DNA of 64,000 bases from Lepidodermella squamata. Its lineage: Eukaryota > Animalia > Gastrotricha. The DNA lies in NCBI GenBank assembly GCA_047495785.1, contig JBLDXI010000002.1:1364001-1428000 (forward strand). Reading direction: 5' to 3'. The translations under genes were made by a program, and so were the position numbers. Positions 13,856 to 27,600 of this stretch are shown here, piece after piece. The notes below the pieces were generated by a model. The model was not told where the DNA came from. It did no database searches and was given only the letters and a program-made list of their open reading frames with translations. Every line of letters starts with the position of its first letter. Positions within the stretch are counted from its first letter, which is position 1.

Positions 13856-16355
13856 CTAAGAGCGGCTTTTTTCTGGGCAGAAGCAAAATTTCCGCAATTT
13901 TTCCATGTTATCCGGTAAGCAAGCCGATTGCTGGCCGTAGCGATTAACGCGTTCGATACCGCCGATGATTTTCCAACCTTCAGCCGTTCGCCAGTGGTTC
14001 CGAACAGTTGCCTCGAATTTCCCACCTCCCGGGGTCATTGTGACTTGAAGTACGTACTCGTCGAAAACGTCCTCAACATCACTGCCCTCTTTTATCAAGC
14101 CGAAAAATCGGCATTTTTTCATGTAGGTCCGCGCGCCTTTTGTGAACTCGACCTGCCGGATTGATTCGATAGTTGCAATTGTGAGATTAACGCAGAGGCC
14201 CTGTTTAATTCCAGCGTCAAGCTGCGAGTTTATCGATTTAGCCAACGCTTGACTTGCGGTGACAGCTATTCGATCTGTAGAATTCAGATTTTTGTAGCGG
14301 TGGCAAGCGCAGTACCACTCCGGGATTCCAGCGGTTTGGCAACTTCGGAGAGGGTCGACCTGTTGGAACAAACTGGTAGCGTAGCCTGAGGGTCCGACGT
14401 CTTTGAACAAATCCGGGTCGTCCGATGCATTTCCGTCAGATGAGAGATGAAGAATGTGTTTGTAAGTCGCGTATAAATCGAAAACAGTCACTAAATGCTT
14501 CGAATTTTCCGCTAAATTCGCCGACATTTTTGGGAATTTCTAAAAAAAATATTACAATTTTTTAAATTTTATACGAATATGACACTTCTATGAAAATATT
14601 TGGAAACCAATTTGAATTTTAAAATTATTAAGGTAGAATAATTGAAAAATTGTAAAATTTAAATTTTTTTGAAAATTTTAAATTTTAAAATTAATTTTAG
14701 GTCAAAATTATTACGTCAGTGATTTATTAGATTTTCATACCTTCCGAAAAGCTGGCGGTACTGATACGGCTAGAAATGGTAGGCGATCTTCGAGTCTCCC
14801 AACAAAAGATGCTCGAATTTTATCAACCCTCTGCCCGTGATCCGATAAAAGAAATACGAAAGTATTGTCCTTCCAAGGTTTATCACCCTCGAATAGGAAA
14901 TCCAGGGTTTCGACCAGAGGGACATCTGCCTGTTTGATTGTCGTCAACCACTCATGGGTCAACTGAACGACCCATGACAGCATGAAAAACGGCGCGATCG
15001 GCGTGTATTTTGTTAAAAATTGTCGAATTGCGTAATCCCAAAGAATTTCATACTTCTTCCGGCCGTTTATGCAAAAGTAATGATCTTCGGTTAAATATCG
15101 CTTCCCAGTTGTTTTGTTGATTTTTGACAGGGTTGGATTGACATCCTCTTCTCGGTCTTTATAAGTGTCGAAAGCGAGAAACATAGGCCGGCCGTAAATG
15201 TCAGTCGGCTGCTTTTTGAACCCTCTTTTCATTAGATTGAAAGTCGCAATTTGAGGATCATCCTCGACAAAACCAGTCACGTAACCAGCACTGGAAAAAT
15301 TATTCCAAATAAAAGGATAGTCGTCAAAAGGTAGACCGAGCATCCACGTATAAATGCTGCCGGAATGAGGTAGTAATAGCGTTTCATGAGGGGCGGATAG
15401 CTCAACTTTTCGACCCGTTAACATCGGCACCAAATTCGGGAAAGTATTCTCTCCTATTTTGTGGTAGGCGTCGAAAACGTGGAAACCATTCTCGGCCTTG
15501 TTTTTTATCCACTGATACGACTTGGGTAAAAATCGAATGAAACTTTGCCGTGAGACTGAATCGATTCCTAAAATTAACACATTCCATTTTTTGGTTGAGT
15601 TGCCGATTTTAGTTCTGGTAACAGGTGGAACTATTGCGCCAAATGAGTCAGTGTAAAAAATGTCTCCAGATGATTTTTCGCGGCATTGGATTTGAACTAG
15701 TTCGGACGGCATTTCCATAGGAAAATTAGCAACTTTTTCTTCGCCGTAGGACAGAGTTTTGTCATCCAAATTTCGCGTCAAAGTCTGGACGATGCAGTTG
15801 AGATGAGATATTTCCTTTTCCCCCCGATCGGTTAATTCAAGCTTTGACGGTTGAGAAGAGGACCATGTAAGTCGGACTAGAGGATAATCTGGAAGAATAA
15901 GACCTGAATTTAATTGTTAAGGCGGATAAGAATTTCTCACCTTTCGCGCAGTCCTCGACCGGCTTTTCCGCATTAAGATATTTTGTGATAGTTGGATCCC
16001 AGAGATTGAGCGTTGGGATCTCGCATTTAGCTTTGACCGTATCGCTTTCCCATAGTAGGTGTTGATCGGGGCAGTATTCCCAAATGTCTTGCAAAATGCC
16101 TTTCCGGCGCAGCACCTCCAGGGGTGGAATTAATAGCAAAATGACAGCAGCTAGTAACAATTGCCAGCGGGATACGCTACGACCGCAGCAAATTATTGTC
16201 CTGAGTCGTTTCGCACCTGATGAAGATTTTTTGCGGGTTAGAAAACAGGTGCAAATAGCTGCGAAGAGATGGCCTAATACCGGCAGCGGGAAGCTCAACA
16301 TGCTTCGCGCCCATTTTTTCGAAATTTCACGCATTTCAGCCTGTCTACGCGACAT
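13856..16355 (-). CDS. DUF229-family (alkaline phosphatase/sulfatase-like) protein; exons approx. 16355-15941, 15888-14741, 14539-13856
   Basis: Motifs NVLILGIDSVSR, YHKIGENTFPN, GFKKQPTDIYGRP, FLLSDHG, RLEDRLP, RSCQTAGIPEWYCAC, RVNRYGQQSAC...KFCFC; N-terminal hydrophobic anchor; in-frame GT-AG junctions. Start codon uncertain. Confidence 0.85.
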
Positions 16356-16898
16356 TGCGATGGCACAGCAGTGAATGAAATGCTGCTACTCTTTTGGCAT
16401 GAATGCAACTCTCTGTAGTCGGGGGCTTTGCGCCGCATCTATTCATATGAAATGTAGGAATAACGGGGCATGACCGGTCACATTGTCCGCCTTCAATAAG
16501 GCGAGCTATTTACGAGCGTTCTCGGGCGCTTAAAGATGTCATCGTTAGACCTGAAAACACGGCACGGGATGGAAGCCAAATAACAATAATCGGTTCGCTA
16601 TTGCAGTGCGTAGTGCCAGAAAACAAAGCAAATTTCAACTTCCCGATTCCCAAATTCATTTTCTAAAATTTGAGCGTAAGAAAATTACACCACAGGGTGG
16701 GGAAATTGTGGCGAATTTTTGAGGTTTAAAAATAATCAGTCCTAATTAAGAAATCAATAAATTTTAATTTGAAAAACAAATTGAGACAGATAGAACCTAA
16801 CTGTTTGCCCTACGACACACAATATTTGAGAACTCCAAGAGCTAATATAGTACAGATACACAACATAGTTGTTTTATTCATAGATGCACTTTAGCTAA

Positions 16899-16940
16899 AC
16901 CGTAACGCTGGTACCGTAACGCTGGTACCGTAACGCTGGG
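16899..16940 (+). repeat. 3 tandem copies of 14-nt ACCGTAACGCTGGT
   Basis: Read directly: 16899-16912, 16913-16926, 16927-16939. Confidence 0.9.
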
Positions 16941-17312
16941 TAATTTTGGACAAGCTAAATTTGGACACTACGCCTTTTCAGCTGAATTGTGCTCGATCAG
17001 GAAGGTGAATAAAACTATCGGTAAAAATCCTCAGATTCCTTGAGAATTGGGCTTTCCAACGGTACCAAATACGAGGTATAATGGAAGTTACCTGTCTTCA
17101 ACAAAAATTGAAAAGTTATTTGGATGTCTCTAAACGTCGATTTGGGACCCCTAATTCCCAGTCAATCTGAATATATCTCGACTTGAAATTTGAAACCAGG
17201 AGCAACTGATACCATGAACTCTTGACTGGCAAAAAAAAAGTTGACCTTTGTCGACGGGAATTCGGTACAGGTTACCTCAAAGTTTAGGCCTCACGTGGGG
17301 TAATTTTGGACA
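16926..17312. mobile_element. Probable one-ended remnant of a TA-CCGT (Tc2/pogo-like) DNA transposon
   Basis: TACCGTAACGCTGGGTAATTTTGGACA start, with TTTGGACA repeated near 16960 and GGGTAATTTTGGACA repeated near 17298; no matching inverted end found. Confidence 0.35.
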
Positions 17313-17560
17313 TAATAAATGCGTTGAGCTAAAAACCGCGGGAAAAAAATTGAGAAAGTTTAGTGCTTGGAGCCTCAAAGTTATGAATTTTTAAAAATCT
17401 CGCCAACCCCAGCTGTCAAATATTGATACGGAATTTTACTAATCATTAACAATCAACGAAAATCAAAACAACTCGAACAATAAAAAGATGAGTAGCTATT
17501 CGGCACAGGTATCGATGGAAAAATTAGCGTCTTTTTAACGCGAATAACATTTGGCATAAT

Positions 17561-20155
17561 TCATTGTTTCTCTTCTTCATCGATTCGATCCTCGTGGCCG
17601 TAAAACGGCTGGCAGGGCAGGTTGCTAGGGCGGGACAGGCCAAGGCGGCGAGCTCGGCGCCACGGAACAGTAGGCGAAAGTTTCGGAAGTCCAACCAGAG
17701 GACACACAATCGAATCGGAGGATTGACTCACGCTCGCATCGACTTCAAAAATTGAACAATTGAAATTAAATAAATAGGAAAATTAAGAATTACCTTTAGG
17801 AGGGCCAAATTGTTGCGTCCCATAGTCCAAAATTTCGTAATTTTCTTCGACAGCGCATTTTCTTGGTTTGGCTGCTGGTTTTGCCGGTGACACATTTTGA
17901 CCAGGTTTGACGCGCCACGGTGGTATGAAATCCCGATGAACTACGAAAGCAAAAATCGATAAAATCTGAAAATCATAGAAAAAATATTACCGACCAGCGA
18001 TTTCAGGCGGAACATGCTCCCTGTCGTTTTGAACGGGTTTCAACGGCTTCTTGAACTCGACTTCTTCTCTAGGGGCGGGTTCTTCGCAAATTTGAACTAG
18101 AACGCAGGGCTTTTCGATTTTTTCTTCGACTTTCTCATTTTTCTGCGAGTTTTGCCATGGCCAAATTTTGATTTGAGGCCTAGCTGCAGATAAAATTTTC
18201 GCCTGGCTCAATTCGTCTTCTTCATTGTAAGCATCTTCTAATCCGACCAAATAAGCCTGGGTCAAAGAGATTGATGAAAAATCGAAAGATCTGCGACTTT
18301 TCTTAGCTGGTTGAGGGTCCTCCATAACTTCTTCTTCATCGCCCTGTAAAGCACAAGCGTACATCTGGCTGGCGCAAAAGTCGACTTGAGGCGCCGGGCG
18401 AGGTTTCGCAATAGGCCGAACGATTGAAATTTGAGATGGACCGCAAGCCACGTTGACGTATTTCGACTTCTGGCTAACAGGAATTTCGGGTGGGAAAGCG
18501 TCGCTCTCGCCTTCCAATTTCGAAATTTCTTGCGAATTTTCCTTCGCTTCTTCGGAGATTTCAACAGAAATATTGGTCTTTGAGCAATCGAAATTGTTTA
18601 TTTCGGCGCTTGTTTGAGATTTCAGGACATTTTCAGGTTCATTTTCAACCTCCATGCTAGGTGAATTTTCAGCTGAGGCACAGGCTTCAATAGGATTTTC
18701 CATTTCAGATTTCTCATTTTCATTCTCACTTCTCTCGACAATCACTGACTGGTGATTCATAGTTTCACATTCTTCGTTCAAGTTTTCGTGTATTTCCTTT
18801 ACCGAGTTCACAGCATTGTCGAGTATTTCGTTAGAATTGTTCTCATCGTCATCTTTTCTGGACGTTTCAGAGTCATTTTCAACGATGGAGGCAAGGAGGA
18901 TGGAGTCGGATGTTGCGGCTGAGTTCGCGGAAGAAATCGGTTCGCCGGGCATACGAGTGGATTCTGCCGGATCTGGGACATCCTGCGGAACAGAATGACC
19001 GTCTCGATCTTCAGATGTTTCAAATGTCATTCCTTTGTCTATGATTTCGCAATCAGTAGCTTCTTCAAGAACGATTTCCCCTTGAACTTCATTGACTTCC
19101 GTCGGCTGCGATTCATGCGAATCGCTAGCCTTAACCGATTGAGCTTCGCAATCCATCGCGATTTCCGAACTCTCGACTTCTGCGACCGCTTCTGGAATGG
19201 CGAAAGATTGGGTTTTCTTGTTATTCATTGGGTCGTTATTCTGGTCGTCAGCTTCGATCAGATGATCGGAAATCGAAGTTGAATCTTTTGCCTCGACATC
19301 TGAACCTTGAAGATTGTCACCTGTGGCTGGATTGTAATGATCAGAGTGATGCTCCATATTAACATTCGCAGCAGTTTCTTTGGTTTCAGGCGTACTTTCA
19401 TCGATAACAAGGTTCTGAGATCTTTCATGGAGGGAAGCATTTGTTTCGCTATCCAGCAGGACTTGAGGAAGATGAACTTCGATGTCATTCACGGCATCGC
19501 TAGGCTTCGAATCAATTTTTTGCTGTAGCTGGACTTCTGATTGGAGAATAGTCGCCGCTATTTTCGAGTCACTTTCTCCTTCGCTTGGTACTACATCATT
19601 CCCTCCATCATTTGACACTGGAAAGACGGCTGCTTCAGACGAATTATCGCTTGGTATGGCAGAACTATCGACATTATTGAGACGAACATCTGGTAGCGAG
19701 CGGCTCTTGTCAGTCGAATCAACGTTCATCAAAGCCGAAAATGGTTTGAAAACTAAGCCTGGGTTGTTTTGAAACGGTCGGGGGAAAATCAGTGGCTTTG
19801 CTTGATTTTGCGGCGTCGTAGAGCTGTTATCGTCCGATTTGTGGGTCGAAAGTTGAGTCGGCTTGGAAGCTTTGGCGAAAATGTCCCGACTTTGCAAGCG
19901 ATCGCGCCATGAATTCAGCAGAGAAACCCGTTCTCCGAAGTTAATGGTACCAAAACGCTGGGTGCTTGGAGGCGGTGGGATAGTGGTCGCGACATTGCTG
20001 GAAAAAGCAGGCGGCAAAGAATCGCTCTGCTTAGACGGCGAAGCCTGATTAATAGTCTCCGCCCCGTATTTTAGACATCTGTCATTTGAGGCCATAACAG
20101 ATTTAAGATGTGTGCCTAAAAGGAAACAAGTTTTAGAAATCCCTAAGAAATTCAT
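17561..20155 (-). CDS. Large acidic, intrinsically disordered protein with C-terminal RRARRLGLSR motif (RAD51AP1/RAD51AP2-like motif); exons 20155(or 20095)-17995, 17940-17794, 17742-17561
   Basis: 722-aa Glu/Ser/Asp-rich ORF extended by two phase-1 GT-AG introns (54 and 51 nt) to ...PTVPWRRARRLGLSRPSNLPCQPF...EEKQ*. Family assignment rests on the short motif only. Confidence 0.7.
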
Positions 20156-20819
20156 GCCTAAATTGATTGGGAAAAATTTTGCAAGAAAACTTGGGCAAGC
20201 TTGATCGCTCTCATAATTACTAAACCATAAACAAGCAATTTACTTGCTGAATGCACCAATATGTATAAAGACAGTTCGATGGGGTTCGATGGACGAGGGA
20301 TCGCCAAGATCACCGGGTTGATCGGTTTCGATTTTTTGAATCACGCGCCAATAGATGTGTGAAGATCATTTGATTTATAAATTTTTGATTTTCAAATCAT
20401 AAATCCCTTTTTGGAATAACTCAAACATGATACACAATTTTTCATAATTCAATAACCGTCACCGTTTTGGCTGAAAGCCGCGCTACGTCCGCTCTTCGCT
20501 TTGTCCGGAATGCGATTGTCTGCAAGTCTTCACTCTTTAAGGTATGCCACACCTTATGACCTTTTGGTGCTTGTGCCTGAGTTCAAAGTTCATTTGCCGG
20601 TACAATTTGAGGTCCAGTTTGTGTTGACGACGTGGCGTGTCAATTCGCTGATCTGGCCGCTGGTCTCGGATGTTTTTTGTCAGATGAACATCACGTGGTT
20701 GATGGGTGAAGATGATTCATTTTGTATGTGTTGATTGTTTCGACCCAACGTCATTCGTTATTCAGAGATTTTTTGAAATGTTATCTTGATTTTAGGTATA
20801 ATTATCAGTATAGTCTCAA

Positions 20820-21533
20820 ATGCGAGGTCGAAAAGTATGCTGTTCTCTTCTTGTTGTTGTATTCTTGTAAGCTGCTGCTGTTAAATATTATTACTTGTCT
20901 TCTACGATTTCCTTTTCTGTTGTAGTGCTGCAACTGGCCTAGTCATAACTGAAATCATGTTGCTGTCAAGTTTTGCATCGAGCTCTAGTCGGAAATTCTA
21001 CATCAGCGCAAACTCCAGCGAATCTCTCCCTCTAGAATCCCACATTTGCAATAACGGCAACAACGCGAGATCGATGAATCAAACCTGTCGGCCATGTACG
21101 AAGTTCGAACTAAATAACCTCTACAGGGAAATATGCTCTAGCTCCGGTTTTATTCAAGTGAGTCGAGGTGCTATGTTTGAGAAGTTATAATTTCTCTCTT
21201 GAAATTTAGTTTATGGATTGCGGTGATGGCGATGTTCAAGCCTCTAGCTGTCCATTGTCAAACGAAGAAGCTCAACGCAGATTCTGGGCTTTCGAAATTT
21301 TCGTACTTCTCGGTGCTCTACTTTCAGCGTTTGTTGGCTTCAGGCGCCAGCAATTTTTAGACCGACAAGCCGCGCGCCGTATGGACCGCCGGTTATTAGC
21401 TAATTCCAGTCGTGAAGAGCATCTTGAAATTCATCACGACACAGCTCCTCTTCTCGGTTCTTCAACTGTTAGTAGCGCGGGTATAGCAGCAATCAATAAA
21501 TTATTGGAACAAGAATCTTCGTTTATGCGGTGA
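20820..21533 (+). CDS. JTB: Jumping translocation breakpoint (JTB) family protein; exons 20820-20866, 20926-21157, 21210-21533
   Basis: Cys pattern C..CRPC..C..GF..C..C followed by RRFWAFE-TM-RRQQFLDR, matching the JTB signature (RLFWKFE-TM-RQRQLDR); N-terminal hydrophobic segment; in-frame splicing. Start uncertain. Confidence 0.8.
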
Positions 21534-21648
21534 AAGCTCTCCATATGAGAATAAATTATTGTTAGTTTTTGTATGCATAACTTTGTTTTCTGTTATAGAT
21601 TTTTAATTTTTTTGTTGATTTGTTTCATTCCTTGTTTGCCGAGATTCA

Positions 21649-24600
21649 ATGCCCACGTTTTTAAACAAAATTCTGGGCGTATTCTCGGCTAATGCTGCCG
21701 AGCCGAATGATTCTGGGATAGATTTTTCTGAGATTAGCGCCTCTGATCTTTCAGGGTAAGGATTTATTTGTATAGAATTCACTTGTTTATCTTGATTATT
21801 TTAGGTATTCTGTTGTCATTGAAGACAATACCGAGAAGCATTTCATTTTCCTGGCAATAAATACGGCGCCAGGGCCACTCCAAGGCCAATTTTCGGTCTT
21901 TGTTACCGACGGCGTCCAGCCAATAAATAATGCGAAGCTTTTCAAAGTTTTCACGTCGAAAGAAGAAGCAATTGCGGTTTCAACAGCCGCAAATCTATTC
22001 GAACAACTAGAACCTTTCATCGAAATTGTTTCAAGCAACCAAAAATCGCGCCCTTTCTTCCAATCCACCTCAACTGTTCGCGACTTTTGCGTGCTATCCC
22101 TCATGCACCCAGACTGGACCTCGGCTCATATAATGGCTGCAATTCCGAAGATTGGTTTCACAGACCCGAAAACTCTATACCCGAAAGCGGCTATTCACCA
22201 TAAAATGAATCTTCAAAGCGCAATAACCGGTCTTACCCCTCTTATGGTAGCATTAGACAACAAAAATATGGGTATTTTTGCGTGCGGGTTGATTTAATCG
22301 ATTTTATATCAAAAAATTGTTTCAATCCGCAGCTTTTGTACTCGAAGCGATAGGACCAAACGGGCAGCTGCGTGATATCATCGATTTTACGCTGTGTGAT
22401 AAAAATAACCGAAATTACGTGTACTATGCCGTGACATTTCACATCAACACGTTTCCGACAACTGATCCAGAGCGAGAGAAGGATAATATTCTTGTTAAAA
22501 TTGCCACAGCCTACCCAGAGGGCGCGAGAGAAGTTGACACCGAGGGTCGGTCTGCGCTTCATCTAGCCGTTGCAGCGAAAAGACTCGATGTTTTGAAGTT
22601 TTTGGTCAATCGGTGCATCGGAGCGTTGGAACACAACCCGAAATCTGTTGCTTCCTTACTTCATGTTGCTGCCGAAGTTGGGTAAATAAATAAGATCAAT
22701 TTTTTTTTATTTTAAAATCGCGCAAAATTGAACAACTGGCCGAAAAACTATTGTAATTTTGTAAAAATAGAAAAACTGCAATACCTCAAGGTGGCTCAAC
22801 GAAAAGTGATAAGCCAGAACTCGCTCGAAGGTAAAATTCTAGAAATTTTGTAGTGAAAAAGCTGTGTGTTCTCGAGACATCCTAAAAATCCTTCGCATGA
22901 GCTTCTTTTGCCGCTTTTCACGTTTCGGTTGTTTTTTTCTGAGGATATCGCTTCGTTGTATCTTCATTGTAGTGTCAGGCTTCAATTTCGTTCTGACTCG
23001 CGATATTAATTAATGAATTTCATACAGTCTTTCCTTTTTTAAGGGATATATATGAAATAAGGAAATGCTGAAATATGACAATTTGACCTGAAAATGAGTT
23101 AACCCATTAAAGCCCAACGGCATCTTTTCCTGCCACCCTATTTTTAAAAAATCCTGTAGGGTGACTACAACCCCAGGGTGTCTAAAAGGCATATCTCCGC
23201 GCTGGGAAATCGTATAAATTCGGGGAAAACGGATAAATGACCAGTGTCTCGTAGGCTTGGTGATGAGCTAGGAGCCGTTTTTTGGGGCTGTCACCAAACT
23301 GCACTAAAGTGTCCTCAAAATCGATTTTGCACGAAGTATCACCTATGACCCAACTGAATGCATTTCTAGATAGATCTCATCACGCTGATGAACTTTTTCT
23401 TTGAGAGCGGCTTCCTAGCTATCACCGTTCTTGAGATAATCGTCCAGGTGTGACAAAAGGTAAGGTCACGTGACAAATTGACACTGGAATATCTCAATAA
23501 CGGTAGACGATAAAAGTATGCGGTTTTCAGATTCTTAATCCCCGAATTTTTCTGTTACGGAAAAGCACGTGTCAATAGAGAAAGAAAAATGAAAATATTT
23601 TCCGAAAACATTCTGGGCTTTAATGGGTTAAGTAGGAAATTGTATTCCACCTTAATGAATAAATATTTAGTGAAAAGTAAAGTTGAAAAGTATATTATCA
23701 GACTTATGATGCTACCTTAATACCAAAAATCAGATTATTGTTCCGTTTAATTTAGAAATACTTTTCTAGAAATTGTCAGATTTTTTTTAAATTTTTTAGC
23801 CAAATTGATTACTTGAAAATAATACTAAAACTTTATTGAATTTTTAGAACTTTATTTATCTATTTATTTACAGAACTTTATTTATCATTAGTTGGTACAT
23901 GAAAATAGGATTGGTTTAAAATTAATCAGGAAATTATTTTTTTCATATTTTGATGTAGATTAGGAGCACATGGGAAGCAATAATTTTTAGAAATTTTACC
24001 TCCCATTTTCTTGATTGAATTTGGTTAAATTACAAAAACCGAGATAGACATCATCTCAATAATATTTTCTTTTTTTTTGGGAAATTATTTCCGAATTTCG
24101 TAAATTGAGAATATTCCTGTAAAATTTCCAATTTCTTCCCTTTTTATCATTTCCTGATTTTATCGATGTTATTTTGTTATTCAGCCATTTGGAAATCGTG
24201 CAATACTTATTGGAACACGCGCCCGAGTTAGTGCTGCTAAAAGACTCGAAATACAACGCCACCGCCCTGCACTGGGCCACAACCGTCGAAGTCGTCGACG
24301 CGCTTCTCGAAGCCGGCTGCGATCCGGACCAACTCAGCTCGACCGGCGAAACCGCAATCCACGTCGCCCTTCGCTACGACCGTCCACCCGTCGTGCAGGC
24401 CCTCATCGCATTCGCAGCTAATGTCGACGTAGTGGCCCCAGAACTCGGCGCCCCTCTCCACGTTTCAGCCCAAAAACCGTCGAAACAAATCGCTGAGGCT
24501 CTCATTGCTTACGGGTGTGATGTTAATATTCGCGATAATAAGGGCCAAACCGCGAGACATATCGCCGCAGTAGCCGCCCAGCCACCGCCCGAGCAGGATA

Positions 24601-27600
24601 ACTCTGGCGCACCGGCTTCTGTCCGCATTACAAACGCGTTGTACTCAATTTTGTTGCGGGATGACGAGGAGAAGAAAAAACGGGAGGAGTGTGATAATAT
24701 TATAGCCCTGCTGCATAATGTTGGGGCGGCGCGGTGTGAGCCGGGCACGACAGGTTGCGCGCCTGGCTGTGCGTTTGATGGCAATTTTGATGGCGTTTTA
24801 CCGATTGGCTATCCGTCTTTCCCTATTTCGGACCCTTCCACGTTGGAATGCCCGGCTGCGGTTCTGATTGACCGGTTGCTGTCTGATACGGCTATTGCGG
24901 GGTATCAAGCGAATCCTAGCGAGTACAAAGACCGATTACGGGTGAGTTCATCCGCCATAAAATTTTAAACGGGTCTAAATTTTTGCGATTTCGCTTTTTA
25001 TGTGATAAAATAGGATTTTAATAAGGGTCTTACTTTTAGCGGAACCAAATTTTGGAATTCGGAAAAATTTATATTACATTCTTGAAAAAGATAATATCGT
25101 TTTCGGAATCCGTGGAATCCGGTTTCCGAAGTTTGCGAAGTGCGGAATTTATTATTTAAAACTTGTCTCCGCTAAAAGCCCCAGTAAGAATTTCTCCCGT
25201 GAAATTTTGTTTCATTTCGTATTTTTTCATGAAATTGAACAAATTCAAAGGTCGAAGATTTTGAATGACTAAATTTGATTTATATTTATCTTCAGGATCT
25301 CAATCTCTCAAATCAGTTTTTAAATATTCATTCGTATTTGCTTAGGTATTGTGTCTCGATGGCGGTGGAATTCGCGGTCTTATGAGTACCATGGCACTGA
25401 GACATATCGAAAAACTAGTCGGCCTACCAATCACAGAATGCTTCGACTTCCTCGCCGGCACTTCAGTCGGCGGCCTAATCGCGCTATTCCTGCTGTACGG
25501 CAAACCCTACGGCCCTCCCTTCGCCCCGTGCTGCTACAACAAACTAGTCAATATGCAACGACTGGCTTATTTTATGAAGCGCAAAGTCTTCGTCGGATCT
25601 CGGCCCTACTCGACCACAGCTTTAGAAACCCTGCTGAAAAAGGCCTTCGGTGAAGATACTTACCTATCTGATAAATCCCAGCCGATGGTTATGGTGACAT
25701 CGGTACTCGCGAATCGCTTCCCAGCCGAGTTGGTGATGATTCGAAACTATTCGAGTGCTGTTGATTTGTACGAACAGGCGCATCCGGATTTGAGAGAGCA
25801 GGCGCTGTTAAATCAGGTCAAAATGACCCTGTCGCCGTCGAATTCTGTGTCTCAGCTCAACTCAGAGTCACGTGATCGAGGTGCGTTTTTATTAATCCAA
25901 TTTATTTCGTGTTCTCAACTTCATACCGTATACCGTGAATATGGGTTAATATTGGATAAATCATGTTTTAAACGTTGAATTATTTGAACTTAAATTTTAA
26001 ACGTTTTTGCCCAAGTTTGCACTAAGATGGGTTGTGATTTACCGGAGAATAAACTTTTATTAAAATATTTTTTCCCAGTAAATTTCTCAATTTTCATTAT
26101 TTGTTCTTTTACCGGTAAATTTAGAATTTTTTAGTAATTTTTAAAATAACTCGCAGAATTGCAAAAATATGCCCAAAATTTTCGGTTGTTTTTTCTACTG
26201 ACGTCGTCAATGTATGGGAACGACCATTTCGCGTCACCGAAATTGTGAAACGAGAAATATTAGTATCGTAGACTCGTAGAGAAGTTCGCAGAGAAATGAA
26301 ATGAAGCTCTCAATAATGATTATTGTCTAGCAGAACGGTCAGAGTTGGCTTTCGGCCCCTGAATCAGCTTTTCGCACAGATCATCGCGGCCGGCTGTGTA
26401 CCCTTATGTTTACTTGTTTTGCAAAGGCAACGGCGATTCGTGACCGCCCCAATAGCCGGGCGTGGACTCACTGAATATTACATATTTATTGATCTACGGC
26501 ACGGTTTCTCGGTCTCCCTCCGGAAACACCTCCTAGAATGAAGGTTCAGAAGTCTCGAGGTATGACCTCAGTTCAATCGTGACAAATTTCGTTATAAAGA
26601 CTTACTACAAATAATTGACGATGAACTTATGAAAGCGATATTCTGGGATGCCATCACGCCAGCTAACGGCTATAGGGTATAGGGCCACGTGGTAACAAGG
26701 GAGTCGTAAAAGTTTTCGAAAGCCAGCTTTCCCTCCGCGATCGTACCGTCATTTTTGTTTGCTGTTAAGAAAAGGGACTCAGTTTAATCGTAACAAATTT
26801 CTTTATAAAACTTACAACAATGAACTTGTGGAACCGAAATTCAGCTTTTTCTTTGGTGTCCGTGGCATCACGCCAACCGGCAGCCATAGGGTCCCACTCG
26901 TGGTGCTTCGGCAATTTAGCCGGGTAGCTGCCCCAGCTCGCCAAGCCGGGTGACGTTACAGGAAATCGGCGCCGTTTTTCGATGGCCTTCACGACTTTGG
27001 GTTGGTAATGCCAAGCGTTTTGATAGTCGCACCCCAGTAGCTCTTGCTTCCTTTAATAAGTAGTAATGCTTCTGACGCCTCCTGAAAGCGACGAAGCCAG
27101 TGTGAGTACCCTTACCAACGCTCTCTGTCCAGCCATCAGGCTGCGGAATGAAGATGTTTCGAAAGTTATGTTGATGTGCAAACAAGGTAGCCAGTTTGTC
27201 TCCTCCGTATTGAGAATTGGAAGATATCATGTCGACTGCCACATGTCCACAAGATTCGCATCAAATTAGTCACGACAAGCCTGTTATGTTGTAATTGAAA
27301 CACAGCAATACTGTAATCACAATGGGTAATACTTGTTGTTGATGTGCTTCTTCAGCCAGCCATGGAAAGACTCAGCCGATTATTGGTGTGTGAGTCAAAA
27401 TGAGAAGTGAAAGAAGTGAAATTTTTTCGCCAAACTGGCCACGGAAAACTAATTCTAGACAATGACGCGATAAACGAGGCGTTACGGTCACTCAAAGCGC
27501 AGGTGAATACATTGGTGGCTGGTGAATAAAGAGGTGTTCGATGGGAGAAAGACGCACAAATATTTCATTATGAGGATGTTTCAAGATAATAGTTAAAATT

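Noticed and set aside
15837-15940. Apparent frameshift between DUF229 ORFs
   Set aside because: Resolved by a 52-nt GT-AG intron (15940-15889), so not a pseudogene.
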